Shown here one piece after another: positions 28,465-38,354 of a stretch of DNA of 42,384 bases; the first letter of the stretch is position 1; every line of letters begins with the position of its first letter. Below the pieces are notes generated by a model. That model did no database searches. It was not told where the DNA came from and saw nothing but the letters and a program-made list of their open reading frames with translations. The stretch lies in NCBI GenBank assembly GCA_964244895.1, contig CAXTKV010000015.1, positions 1 to 42,384 on the forward strand, given 5' to 3'. The stretch comes from an uncultured Deinococcales bacterium. GTDB taxonomy: Bacteria > Deinococcota > Deinococci > Deinococcales > JAAFIG01. Made by a program: the position numbers and the translations under genes.

Positions 28465-28470
28465 GATTGT

Positions 28471-28504
28471 ATTCTATTACACTTGTAATCATCTCAAATG
28501 TAAT
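28471..28504. promoter_or_regulatory. marR -10 element and putative operator
   Basis: ATTACA-ct-TGTAAT palindrome 28476-28489 plus a degenerate second box. Confidence 0.55.
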
Positions 28505-28647
28505 TAATATACTTCCATCAGCGGCCCACGCCTTCCCGAGGAGCCCACGCCCGTTCATGCCACTGATTGTTTCACATCCGTCCGAACCTCCGCACATCTC
28601 CACTCCGGCCCAGACCACGGCCTTCACCCGACGACAGGAGTCACACC

Positions 28648-29562
28648 ATGACCCAGACGATCCTCTTGGCCGGAGCCACCGGCAAGCTCGGCAGCCGCAT
28701 CGCCTCACATCTTCTCGAGCAATCCGAAACCAAACTCCGCGTGCTGGTTCGCGACACCGAGAACCCAGTCAAGCGAGACGCGCTCCGACCCCTGCTCGAC
28801 CGAGGGGCCGAAGTACTCGAGGGCCATCTCGCCGACCGCGACTCGCTCGACCGCGCCACCAAGGGCGTGGACGTGATCGTGTCCGCCGTTCAGGGTGGCC
28901 CAGACGTGATCATCCACGGCCAGGTGACGCTCGCCGAGGCCGGAAAGCGCAACGGCGTGCGCCGCATCCTGCCGTCCGATTACGCGCTCGACCTGTTCGA
29001 GGCCACCCCAGGCGAGCACCTGATGTTCGACCTGCGCCGCACCGCCAACCAGCAGATCGCCGACATCGGACTCGAGCAGGTCAACGTCCTGCAAGGGGCC
29101 TTCATGGAGATGTTCGCGCCCGGCGCGGGAACCATCGACTACGACGCCGGAACCGTGAGTTACTGGGGCGACGGCAGCCAGGTGATCGAACTGACCAGCC
29201 TCGAGGACACCGCCCGCATGATCGCGCATGTCGCCCTCGACCAGGGCATCGCGGGCGGCAAGTTCGCTTTCGCGGGCGACCGGATCTCGATGCTCGAGGT
29301 CGTCAAGGTGATCGAGGCGCAGACCGGGCGCACCTTCGAGCGCCACTCGATGGGATCGGAGTCCGATCTTCGCGCCGCGCACGGGCGGGCGCTCAAAGAC
29401 ACATCCAACCCGTTCGGCTCGGTGATGCTGGCTTACCAGCTTTACATGCTCACCGGGCAGACCGCGCTCACGAACCTCCAGAACGACCGCTACCCGGACC
29501 TGAAGCTCGAGAATTTCGCGCAGTTCGCCGCGCGAGCGCTCCCCCACGCCGCGACCGCCTGA
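28648..29562 (+). CDS. NmrA/isoflavone-reductase-like oxidoreductase
   Basis: AGGAG RBS; ILLAGATGKLG, GVRRILPSDY. Confidence 0.9.
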   Translation: MTQTILLAGATGKLGSRIASHLLEQSETKLRVLVRDTENPVKRDALRPLLDRGAEVLEGHLADRDSLDRATKGVDVIVSAVQGGPDVIIHGQVTLAEAGKRNGVRRILPSDYALDLFEATPGEHLMFDLRRTANQQIADIGLEQVNVLQGAFMEMFAPGAGTIDYDAGTVSYWGDGSQVIELTSLEDTARMIAHVALDQGIAGGKFAFAGDRISMLEVVKVIEAQTGRTFERHSMGSESDLRAAHGRALKDTSNPFGSVMLAYQLYMLTGQTALTNLQNDRYPDLKLENFAQFAARALPHAATA

Positions 29563-29652
29563 TCCGCAGACCGATGGATGCGTTCAGAACGAACGGTTTC
29601 GGGGAACGGGGGCCGGAGAACCCCGCGCCGCAACCGCCCACGAGGAGGAATC

Positions 29653-30183
29653 ATGACAACTGACCATCACGCCGGAACGCCGCCCAGCCCAGGTTCGACT
29701 CCCTTTTCCCACTCGGTCGATACCGCGCCCGCCTACTGGATGCAGGACGGCCTGTGGATCATGCTGGCCGACGCCAACGACACCGGAGGCCGCTTCTCGC
29801 TGATGGAGCAACTGTTTCCACAGGGATCAGGGCCGGGGCCGCACAAGCACACCTGGTCGGACGAGACCTACTACATCCTCGACGGCGAGATCACCTTCTT
29901 GATCGGCGACGAGATCCACACGGCCAAAACGGGCGACTTCGTGACGGTCCCGCGCGACACCCGCCACGCCTTCCGGGTTGACAGCGAGACCGCCCGCTTC
30001 CTCAACGGCTACACGCCCGCCAGTTGGGAGGCCCTCATCGCCGACATGGGAACCCCGACGACCGAGCGCACTCTGCCGCCGAAGGGACTCAAGCCTGATC
30101 CCAGTCGCAAGCCGAACCCCTCCGCCAAGTACGGCCTCGACTGGTTGCCCGGCCCCGACCCGCTGCGCCCCGACGGGCACTGA
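29653..30183 (+). CDS. Cupin protein (quercetin 2,3-dioxygenase-like)
   Basis: AGGAGG RBS; PGPHKHTWSDETYYILDG, VPRDTRHAF. Confidence 0.88.
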   Translation: MTTDHHAGTPPSPGSTPFSHSVDTAPAYWMQDGLWIMLADANDTGGRFSLMEQLFPQGSGPGPHKHTWSDETYYILDGEITFLIGDEIHTAKTGDFVTVPRDTRHAFRVDSETARFLNGYTPASWEALIADMGTPTTERTLPPKGLKPDPSRKPNPSAKYGLDWLPGPDPLRPDGH

Positions 30184-30263
30184 ACTGGACGGGCACTCGA
30201 GAATTGAATTCGGGCGGACTGTACACCCGACCAGCCACCCGCAGCGAAAGGAAGGATAACGCT

Positions 30264-31175
30264 ATGGCACAACCCACGATCGTGCTCGCGGGCGCGACGG
30301 GCGACCTCGGCACACGCATCGCCAAGGCCCTGGTCGCACGCGGCGCGACGGTTCGAGCGCTGGTTCGCCCGGACCTGTCCGACGCCGACCGCTCGCGCCT
30401 GACCGCCCTCAACCTGACCCTCGCCACCGCAGACCCGACCGATGTTGCTTCGTTGGCCGCCGCCATGCGCGGCGCGAGCTGCGTCGTCTCTGCCCTCAAT
30501 GGACTGCACGAGGTGATCGTTGACCGCCAGAGCGTCCTGCTCGAGGCCGCCGCGAAAGCGGGCGTGTCGCGCTTCATCCCGTCGGATTACTCCGAGGATT
30601 TCACCAAAACCAATCCGGGCGACAACCGTAACCTCGACCTTCGGCGCGAATTCATGGCTCTTGCTGACAAGGCTCCGATCAAAGTCACCTCGATCCTCAA
30701 CGGCGCGTTCATGGACATGCTGGGGGCTGAGATGCCGATCATCCAGCCGAAAATCCACCGCGTGCTGTACTGGATCAACGCCGATCAACCGCTCGACTTC
30801 ACCACCAAGGACAATGTGGCTGCCTATGTGGCCGCCGCCGCGATGGACGACACCACGCCGCGCTTCCTGCGGATTGCCGGTGATACGCTGACGGCTCGAG
30901 ACCTCGCCGGGGTGCTGAGCGACGCGACGCAACAACGCTACAAAACCCTTTGGGTCGGTAGCCTTGGAATGCTGAGCTTCATGATCCAAGCGGCGCAGCG
31001 TTTCGCGCCGGAACCAACCGCGACGTTCCCAGCGTGGCAAGGGATGCAGTACATGCGCGACATGTTCAGCGGACGCGGCAAGCTGACGCCGCTCGACAAC
31101 GCCCGCTATCCAGAGTTGCGCTGGACCTCGGTGCGCGAGCGATGGGCCAGCCAGATCGCGCGCCGGATGCCCTGA
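30264..31175 (+). CDS. NmrA/isoflavone-reductase-like oxidoreductase
   Basis: AAGGA RBS; VLAGATGDLG, GVSRFIPSDYS; paralog of 28648. Confidence 0.9.
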   Translation: MAQPTIVLAGATGDLGTRIAKALVARGATVRALVRPDLSDADRSRLTALNLTLATADPTDVASLAAAMRGASCVVSALNGLHEVIVDRQSVLLEAAAKAGVSRFIPSDYSEDFTKTNPGDNRNLDLRREFMALADKAPIKVTSILNGAFMDMLGAEMPIIQPKIHRVLYWINADQPLDFTTKDNVAAYVAAAAMDDTTPRFLRIAGDTLTARDLAGVLSDATQQRYKTLWVGSLGMLSFMIQAAQRFAPEPTATFPAWQGMQYMRDMFSGRGKLTPLDNARYPELRWTSVRERWASQIARRMP

Positions 31176-31302
31176 GCATCGCGGCTCAAAGGTTCCAGCG
31201 CTCCTGGCTCTACGCCAGGAAATGGACACCGCTCTCCCTCCCTTGCAGCGCAGTACGAAGATGCCAGGGCGGTGTTGGCATGGAACGACCCAGGAGACAC
31301 GT

Positions 31303-32037
31303 ATGCAGGATTTCAAAGGACAGGTGGCGTTGGTGACCGGTGCGAACAAAGGCTTGGGTAAGCAACTGGTGCTGAGGCTCCTCGAGCATGGACTGACGGT
31401 TTACCTGGGCAGCCGCGACCGCGAACGCGGTGAGGCGGCGCGGCTCGAGCTTCAAGGATCAGGTCGGGATGTTCGACTGCTGGTCTTGGACGTCACGAAC
31501 GCCGAGAGCATCGCGGAGGCTGTCGGCACAATCGAACAGGACAGCGGCAAGCTGGACATCCTGGTCAACAACGCGGGCGTCAGCCTCGGCGGAGCGCCGC
31601 CCTCGAAAACACGCATCGAGGATCTGCGAGCGGTCTACGAAACCAACTTCTTCGGCCCGTTCCTGCTGACCCAGGCGCTCCTGCCGCTGCTCCGGAAGTC
31701 CGACGCGCCCAACATCGTCAACGTCTCGTCGGACCTGGGATCGCTAGCGCTGATGGGCTACCCCGAGTACGCCTTCGCACGGACGCAACTGTTCCCGTAC
31801 CAGTCCTCCAAGGTGGCCCAGAACAGCCTGACGGTGATGCTCGCCAAGGAATTGCGCTCGGAGGGCTTCCGGGTGAACGCGGTCAATCCCGGCTTCACCG
31901 CGACCGACATCACCGGCTTCCGGGGCGACCGAACCGTCGAGGTCGCGGTCGAGGAATCGATCCTCAAGTATGCGCTGCTGGGCCGGGACGGTCCGAGCGG
32001 CGGCTTCTTCACGGGCAGGGGAACCCTGCCCTGGTGA
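31303..32037 (+). CDS. SDR carbonyl-reductase-like oxidoreductase
   Basis: TGANKGLG, NNAG, YQSSK, NPGFTATD. Confidence 0.92.
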   Translation: MQDFKGQVALVTGANKGLGKQLVLRLLEHGLTVYLGSRDRERGEAARLELQGSGRDVRLLVLDVTNAESIAEAVGTIEQDSGKLDILVNNAGVSLGGAPPSKTRIEDLRAVYETNFFGPFLLTQALLPLLRKSDAPNIVNVSSDLGSLALMGYPEYAFARTQLFPYQSSKVAQNSLTVMLAKELRSEGFRVNAVNPGFTATDITGFRGDRTVEVAVEESILKYALLGRDGPSGGFFTGRGTLPW

Positions 32038-32380
32038 CGAGCACGTTCTCAAAGAACTCAGAACGCACCGGGGTCATGACCGCAGCCGCCTCCCGAGGTT
32101 GCGGCAAGACCACCAAATCCAGTCACAGGACAGCAGCGGTCCGATGGGTGTGAGAATTCCCCAGGGCCGGAACCGGACCTCGACTCGAGGCAAGGCGCTC
32201 GAGACCGATAGGGGTTTCCTCGTGATCGCAGTCAGCCTTCCAACCCAGGCTAGGGCCGCATCCACCTGAGGTTCGACGGTGCTCGTTTGACGACCCTCGG
32301 CGATGAAATTCGGAGCGAGTCAAGTCGTGTGCTGATTGATTGCACCCTATTGGCAAGCTCGAGATGGCTGGTGGAACACC

Positions 32381-32815
32381 TCAACCGAGATCCGCATCCA
32401 TGATGCGACACAGCAGGTCGAGCAGTATGGCGCGGTCTTTTTTGGAGAGTGTCGCGAAAGAAACCTCGAGGATGCCGTTGGCGATCGGGCGTCCCGCCTC
32501 AAGGATTTTTGTGCCCGCTCGGGTCAGGTGATGTTCAACCCGCCGTCCACGGCCCGCCCGTCGTTCGATCAAATTCTGTGTGGCCAGGCGATTGGCGAGC
32601 GTTCCGAACGCCTGATCGCTCTGGAACGTCTCGAGCGCCAGTTCGTGGGCTGAGGAGCCGGGGACTCGGTTGATCGCACGCAGTGCGTCCCATTGGGCGA
32701 GCGTCGTGCCCACGGTGGAGAGTCCGGTATCCAGGGCTCGGTGATGCCGGGATTGCGCTCGCTTGATGGCTCGACCTAAGGTTTCCAATTCGTCTGGCGC
32801 GGTTGTGGCGGGCAT
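32381..32815 (-). CDS. MarR-family regulator
   Basis: TTLAQWDALRAI, FQSDQAFGTLANRL; leaderless TAGACT-6-ATG. Confidence 0.88.
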   Translation of the reverse strand: MPATTAPDELETLGRAIKRAQSRHHRALDTGLSTVGTTLAQWDALRAINRVPGSSAHELALETFQSDQAFGTLANRLATQNLIERRAGRGRRVEHHLTRAGTKILEAGRPIANGILEVSFATLSKKDRAILLDLLCRIMDADLG

Positions 32816-32935
32816 GAGCGCAGTCTAACGGTTTGAATCAACTTGCGTATATAAATATATTGATTTAATCTGGTACCGATGGCGTGAAAACGAAAGTAAC
32901 GCACCGACCGAACCTGCACCGAAAGGAACACCGAT

Positions 32936-33775
32936 ATGACCACTCCGACCTCGCTCGCCACGACCCACACCGTTCAACCCTGCCCGGACCTCGAAATTAC
33001 GCTGACCGAGGCCGGTCAGGGGCGTCCCGTCCTGATTCTGCACGGTGGCGGCGGCCCATTCACCGTCGCCAGCATCGCCAACCACCTGAGCGGAACGCAC
33101 ACCATTACCCCGACCCATCCCGGCTGGAACGGCACGCCCCGACCCGACTGGTTCCGTGGCATTGACGATCTCGCCCTGGCGTACCTGCACTACCTCGAGG
33201 ACAACGACCTCCACGACGTTCTGGTCATCGGTTCGTCCATCGGCGGGTGGATCGGTTCGGAAATGGCCCTTCGCGATGGCGCTGGTCTGATGACCGGCTT
33301 GATCCTGATCGATGCGGTCGGCGTGAAGGTCGAAGGCGCGCCGATCCGCGATTTTTTCAGCCTCGATGCTCGAGGAATCGCCGAGTACGCCTATCACGAT
33401 GCCGACCGGTTTTACACTGACCCGGCCAGCGTGCCCGCCGAGCAGGTCGCCCACCAGAAGGCCAACACTGCTGCCCTGCGCGTTTTCGCTGGCGACCCGT
33501 ACATGCACGATCCCAAACTCCTGCGCCGCCTCTGGCGGGTCGAGATCCCGACGCTCGTGCTCTGGGGTGAGCGTGATCGCATCGTCACCGTGTCCTACGG
33601 GGCTGCTTACGCCGCCGCGTTCGAGCATGCGCGCCTCGAGGTCGTCAAGGAGGCTGGCCACCTTCCACACATCGAACAGCCCGCCGCCACGTTCGCCCTG
33701 ATCGATGACTTCGTCAACCGTCCAAGTCGGACAGGTAATGATTCTCGAGCGTTTGGCCGCGCTTCAGCGACCTGA
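32936..33775 (+). CDS. Alpha/beta hydrolase
   Basis: AAGGA RBS; LHGGGG, GSSIGG nucleophile elbow, WGERD, AGHLPHIE. Confidence 0.92.
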   Translation: MTTPTSLATTHTVQPCPDLEITLTEAGQGRPVLILHGGGGPFTVASIANHLSGTHTITPTHPGWNGTPRPDWFRGIDDLALAYLHYLEDNDLHDVLVIGSSIGGWIGSEMALRDGAGLMTGLILIDAVGVKVEGAPIRDFFSLDARGIAEYAYHDADRFYTDPASVPAEQVAHQKANTAALRVFAGDPYMHDPKLLRRLWRVEIPTLVLWGERDRIVTVSYGAAYAAAFEHARLEVVKEAGHLPHIEQPAATFALIDDFVNRPSRTGNDSRAFGRASAT

Positions 33776-33864
33776 GGTGAAGGCGCCAATCGAGTCTGCG
33801 CTGGACGCGAAGTCTCGAGCGTTGGCAGACGTATGCGCCGAATTTCGAGTGATCGTGGCCGCGA

Positions 33865-34611
33865 TCAACGGGTGTTGATCATCCTGAACACGTTCTCGTA
33901 GCCTCCGCTCGCCTCAGCGAAGCGCAACGGTTTGACCCGTTCCACGATGATCTCGGTCGCGTCGGGCGAGGTCTTCAGCAGTTGCACGGTTTCGCTGATG
34001 TAGTCCTTCAGCGGCATGGCGTGCGGGTCGCTCGCCTGGTGCGCCCCCATCAGTTCGGTCTGCACGTACGGCGGGATCAGTTCGATGACTTGCACGGACG
34101 TGCCCTCGAGCTGATGGCGCAAGGCTTGGGTGTAGGCGTGAATCGCGGCTTTGGTCGCGCTGTACGTCGGCGTCATCGCCATCGGCACGAACGCCAGCCC
34201 AGAGGATACGGTCATGATCGTCGCCTGCGGTTGCGCCTCGAGCTGCGGCAGCAAGGCCGCCGTCAACCGGATCGGCCCGAGCAAATTCGTGGCGATGGTC
34301 GCCTCGGCGTCCCCCAGCTCACCCTTCTGCACGACTTCCGCCCGCATGATGCCCGCGTTGTGAATCACGACGTTGAGGCTCGAGAACTCGGTTTTGAGCT
34401 GTTCCGCGAAGCTGCGAATGGCGTCGGCGTTCTCGATGTCGAATACCACGGATTTCATGCCTGGGTTTACCGCCGTTGTTTCCTCGAGCAGTTCCTTGCG
34501 CCGACCCGCGATGATGACCTGGTTTCCTTCGGCGTGAAACGCTTCGGCCAGTGCGCGACCGATGCCGGAACCGCCGCCGGTGATCAGGATGGTGTTGCCC
34601 GTCATTTGCAT
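33865..34611 (-). CDS. SDR oxidoreductase (DltE-like)
   Basis: GGAGG RBS; GNTILITGGGSGIG, YSATK, ELIPPYVQTEL. Confidence 0.92.
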   Translation of the reverse strand: MQMTGNTILITGGGSGIGRALAEAFHAEGNQVIIAGRRKELLEETTAVNPGMKSVVFDIENADAIRSFAEQLKTEFSSLNVVIHNAGIMRAEVVQKGELGDAEATIATNLLGPIRLTAALLPQLEAQPQATIMTVSSGLAFVPMAMTPTYSATKAAIHAYTQALRHQLEGTSVQVIELIPPYVQTELMGAHQASDPHAMPLKDYISETVQLLKTSPDATEIIVERVKPLRFAEASGGYENVFRMINTR

Positions 34612-34705
34612 GATCTGTCCTCCAGTGTTGGATTGTAGGATGGTCGCGCACCGATGGGAAGTAGGCACCTGAACGCGCCATACTGACCGAAAGGAGAGTG
34701 AACCA

Positions 34706-35152
34706 ATGTCCAGCACACTCGAGAAACCCAGGCGCGCCTCTGAAATTCTTACGCTGCCCCCGGAACCACCGAAGATCGACGATCCCGAACTGGACGCGCT
34801 CGTTCGAGAAATCATCGGGCGGATCGCTGACAAATGGACGATGCTGGCGCTGGAAGTGCTGGCCGATCACGGCCCGTTGCGCTTCACGCGGCTCGGGGAA
34901 CTGATCAGCGGCGTCAGCCAGAAAATGCTGACCAAGACCGTGCGGCAGATGGAGGCGGACGGGCTGGTGGTGCGCACGGTGTACCCGGTCATCCCGCCGA
35001 AGGTCGAGTACAAGCTGACCGAGATCGGTCTGAGCCTCGGTCAGGCGTTCTGCGGCGTTTGGGTCTGGGCCGAGCAGCACCGCGAGACGATCAAGCAATC
35101 GCGCAAAGCTTTCGAACAGCGCGCAGTGGAGGCTTTGGAAACGGGCGCGTGA
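34706..35152 (+). CDS. HxlR-family regulator
   Basis: IADKWTML, GVSQKMLTKTVR, PPKVEYKLT. Confidence 0.9.
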   Translation: MSSTLEKPRRASEILTLPPEPPKIDDPELDALVREIIGRIADKWTMLALEVLADHGPLRFTRLGELISGVSQKMLTKTVRQMEADGLVVRTVYPVIPPKVEYKLTEIGLSLGQAFCGVWVWAEQHRETIKQSRKAFEQRAVEALETGA

Positions 35153-35186
35153 ACCCTTAGAGCGGTCCTCACAAGGGTTCACGCGC
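35145..35186. terminator. Hairpin overlapping the hxlR stop
   Basis: GCGCGTGAACCCTT-N14-AAGGGTTCACGCGC, 14-bp perfect stem. Confidence 0.6.
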
Positions 35187-35452
35187 GAAAACCCTTGCTC
35201 AGTGGAGGGCGCGATTGATCGCGCCCTCTCGAAGCGCACAGTCCGCAATACATTGCGCCCCTACGAACATCGGTTCTGCCTCAAGGTTTCTGCGCGCCGC
35301 TGCAGGCGGTGCGTGATTGGAACGCGCGACACCGTCTCCGGATTTGGGTTCGAGGTGCGCGGCGATTCGCGCCTCGGGCGCGACGAGCGCTTTACGCAGC
35401 GCTCAGGTCTGGCATCGTCTCCTCGAGCAGGACGGCACGAAGCCTCACGCTT

Positions 35453-36022
35453 TCAATGGAAGGCTTCGCCTCGAGCCAGTTGGGCCACCATCTGCGCGAT
35501 TCGCTTCCGTCGCGTTTCCGGGCGTCTCACGGTTTGAATGCGGTGGTAGATCGCGTACAGATTTTGGCGGTTCAACCCTGCAAAAAACTGCTCTGCCACA
35601 GGGTTCTTCCGCAGTTCCTCGAGGAAATCATCCGGGATAACCATCGCGGCTGACCCCGAATACGCCCGCTCCCAGCGCCCATCCTGTCGCGCCGCCTCGA
35701 TGTGCGCCAGTCCGGGTGCTTGCATTCGCCCTTCGCGCATCAGCCGCTCGGCGTGTTCGCAGTTCCTGGTTGACCAAGCCGATTTTGCACGGCGCGGGGT
35801 CAGGCGCTGTAAGAACGAAACGTCGTCGAGCGACTTGCGTTGACCGTCAATCCAGCCCCAGGCGAGCGCCGCGACGACGCAATCGTTCCAGTCCACCGTC
35901 GGCGTTCCCGAATCTTTTTTGAAGATGCGAACCCAGAGTTCGCGTTCGGTCGCATGATTCGCGCTCAGCCAGGTCTCGAGTTGGTCTGGGGTTTCAAAGG
36001 CGTGCGCTTGGGGTGCTTGCAT
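35453..36022 (-). CDS. YdeI/OmpD-associated family protein
   Basis: LAWGWIDG, TPRRAKSAWS, IPDDF, PETRRKRI. Confidence 0.9.
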   Translation of the reverse strand: MQAPQAHAFETPDQLETWLSANHATERELWVRIFKKDSGTPTVDWNDCVVAALAWGWIDGQRKSLDDVSFLQRLTPRRAKSAWSTRNCEHAERLMREGRMQAPGLAHIEAARQDGRWERAYSGSAAMVIPDDFLEELRKNPVAEQFFAGLNRQNLYAIYHRIQTVRRPETRRKRIAQMVAQLARGEAFH

Positions 36023-36167
36023 TACCTGCCTTCCAGTGCAGAAACGTTCGTAATGATTTTACAAAGGCGGCAGCCGCCATTCCATACTGAGCGCACGGCA
36101 ACTCGAGCTTCACGATCTCCGATTCGCTGCCCGAGGGGTCACGCGATACCTGGCGCGGCTTGCGCCC

Positions 36168-36584
36168 TCAACCGACCAATACGAGGCTGGCGCTGATGAT
36201 CAGGCTCGAGAGGAGGAAGTAAGGTCCGTTGACGAGTCCGTAGAACAGCGGACGGGCGAAGACCGGGTTGATCGCAATCTGGAAGGTCATCGCCACGAGG
36301 TAGCCGATGCCGACGACCGCTCCGAACTGCAAGGCAGCGCCGATGGTGTCAATTTTGAGAGCGCTGATGAGCAAAGCGCTTGCGATGACGATGACGACGT
36401 TGCAGACGAGCGGTCCGGCGATGAACAGCGGTCCCGATGGGGCTGGCGCATTTGGATCTCTGCCAACCGCCGTGGCGTACGCTTTGCCGACGACAACCGT
36501 GAACCACAGACCAGCGAGGACGGTGACAATGACGGTCGCGACGAGGACGCCCCACCAATTGATGCCTGCGAAGTTCTCAAACAT
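36168..36584 (-). CDS. DUF1761-like membrane protein
   Basis: INWWGVLVA..LAGLWF; four hydrophobic segments. Confidence 0.85.
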   Translation of the reverse strand: MFENFAGINWWGVLVATVIVTVLAGLWFTVVVGKAYATAVGRDPNAPAPSGPLFIAGPLVCNVVIVIASALLISALKIDTIGAALQFGAVVGIGYLVAMTFQIAINPVFARPLFYGLVNGPYFLLSSLIISASLVLVG

Positions 36585-36663
36585 GGTTCAACCTCTTTCT
36601 GTGACGTGGTACCGATGCGACGAGGGGTCGCTCGAGCGGCGGCAGGATAGTTCTGATCGGGAT

Positions 36664-36709
36664 TCTCGAGTGGTGAATGCGGGACACTGCACGCGTTCAC
36701 CACTCGAGA
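36664..36709. other. Intergenic 18-bp stem-loop
   Basis: TCTCGAGTGGTGAATGCG-N10-CGCGTTCACCACTCGAGA (one mismatch). Confidence 0.6.
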
Positions 36710-36713
36710 CAAA

Positions 36714-37148
36714 TCAGTAGTTCACTTGCAGGTCCAGCACCCAGGTCACACCGAACTTGTCCTTGAGCATCCCATAGAGCGGAGCGCCCCACGTTGCGGG
36801 ACCGAGATCCGCCACGACGGTCGCGCCCGCTTTGAGACCGTTCCAGTAGGACGCGACCTCATCGGCTGAGTCGCCACGAACAGAGACGAAAACCGGTTTG
36901 TCGCCCGCGTCGTATGAGAGTGCCGAGGGCACGTCGTATGCCATCACGTGGAAGCCCTTGTCGCTGAGAACCTGACCCCACATGATCTGGTTCGCCTCGT
37001 CCGCCGTGGCGAGTCCGCCTTCGCTCTGCACGTTGTGCGCGTCTGCGAAGGTGATCGCGGCGACCTGCCCGCCGAACACGGCGTTGTAGAACTCGAGGGC
37101 CGCGCGAGCCGTGCCACGGAAGTTGAGGTGGGTGGTGGTGGTAATCAT
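36714..37148 (-). CDS. VOC/PhnB-like glyoxalase-family protein
   Basis: AAGGAG RBS; HLNFRGTARAALEFYNAVFGG, YGMLKDKFGVTW. Confidence 0.9.
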   Translation of the reverse strand: MITTTTHLNFRGTARAALEFYNAVFGGQVAAITFADAHNVQSEGGLATADEANQIMWGQVLSDKGFHVMAYDVPSALSYDAGDKPVFVSVRGDSADEVASYWNGLKAGATVVADLGPATWGAPLYGMLKDKFGVTWVLDLQVNY

Positions 37149-37291
37149 GATGTTCTCCTTTGCAGGTACAGAGGGGCGAGCAAGCGCGATGAAACGCTCG
37201 AGGCTTGTCGAGCCAGCGCGGATTCGCCGACCCATAAGGTGATGACCACCGGTCTTTGACCGGTCGAGTCCGAATGGTTCCCCGAGTGGGG

Positions 37292-37912
37292 TTAACGCCG
37301 CAGGGCGGGCATGAGCACGGCGTCTACGATCAACAAGAGGAAATCCAGGTCGAACGGTTTGTGCAGAACGAGGACGCGATAGGCGTTCAACGATGGGAGG
37401 ATCTGGGAGAGCGTTTCGATGTCGGCGTCTGCCGCGATTTCGCCGCGTTTGGCCGCCCGTTGCATCAGCGCGAAGTGCGCATCGGACCATGGTTGGATCA
37501 CGGCAGCGTTGGCGGACTCGGTGAGTGCCGGGTCTTGCGAGATCAGTGAGGCAATCGCGGCCATGATCTTGAGCCTGCGCTCGGTCTCCTCGATTGGTAT
37601 CGGCTTAAACAGGGCAAGCAGGTCGCCACGAAGGGTACCTGTATCGGGCAGGGCCTCGAGGTCCACCTGGATGTTTTTTAGGTGCGCGATGGCATCGATG
37701 AACAGCTCGGTTTTTGAGGCCCAGCGTCGGTAGATGGTGGCTTTCCCGGCTCCGGCTCGCGCGGCCACCAGGTCCATCGTCAATCCCGTTGCACCGACTT
37801 CGGCCAGTACCTCGAGGGTGGCTTCGAGGATGATCGCGTCGCGCGAGTGGTCGCGTTTGCGTCCGAGCGGTCTCGGCTCGGGGGTGGCGGTATCGGCTTT
37901 ATTTAGAGCCAT
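37292..37912 (-). CDS. TetR/AcrR-family regulator
   Basis: GAGGAGG RBS; LTMDLVAARAGAGKATIYRRW, PDTGTLRGDL. Confidence 0.92.
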   Translation of the reverse strand: MALNKADTATPEPRPLGRKRDHSRDAIILEATLEVLAEVGATGLTMDLVAARAGAGKATIYRRWASKTELFIDAIAHLKNIQVDLEALPDTGTLRGDLLALFKPIPIEETERRLKIMAAIASLISQDPALTESANAAVIQPWSDAHFALMQRAAKRGEIAADADIETLSQILPSLNAYRVLVLHKPFDLDFLLLIVDAVLMPALRR

Positions 37913-37947
37913 GCCATCGATTCCTCCTCAACACAAATGATACTACC

Positions 37948-37977
37948 CAGTTCCGAAACTGTCAAGTTCCGATACTG
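37948..37977. promoter_or_regulatory. Tandem putative TetR operator boxes
   Basis: CAGTTCCGAAACTG and AAGTTCCGATACTG, imperfect palindromes 16 bp apart. Confidence 0.5.
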
Positions 37978-38113
37978 GGGTGGCGCGAGCTGATCGAGCG
38001 ACTTCTCCAGTCAAGATACGCACTGAAAAGCTCGCTGCCAGACAAGCGCCCGAAACTCATACGCTCGTGAGCGACATGAGTGATTGCATCCACGCTGCGG
38101 TGCTGCAGAGCAT

Positions 38114-38330
38114 TGAAGTGGCTGGGTTGAACGAACGTCGGTGCACGCTCGAGCATCGACACGAGGAAACCCGAATGGAAAGCAAGAAATGCATCACGCG
38201 CACCGAAGTCCCGAGTTCAAACGCGAAACCATCGGGTCCAGCAACCAGCTGGACAACACCGTCACGGGCCTGGCTCCAGACCTCGGCACGCCCCAGAGCC
38301 TGCTGCAAGGGTGGCGGACGAGGTGGGTCG
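38114..38330 (+). mobile_element. Decayed IS3-family orfA remnant
   Basis: SPEFKRETI..TVTGLAPDLGTPQSLLQGWR resembles the OrfA HTH. Confidence 0.5.
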
Positions 38331-38354
38331 GCTGGCGTGAACGGCGATTCAAAG

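Noticed and set aside
32090..32120. GCGKTT Walker-A-like peptide
   Set aside because: Short frame with no ATPase context; likely chance.
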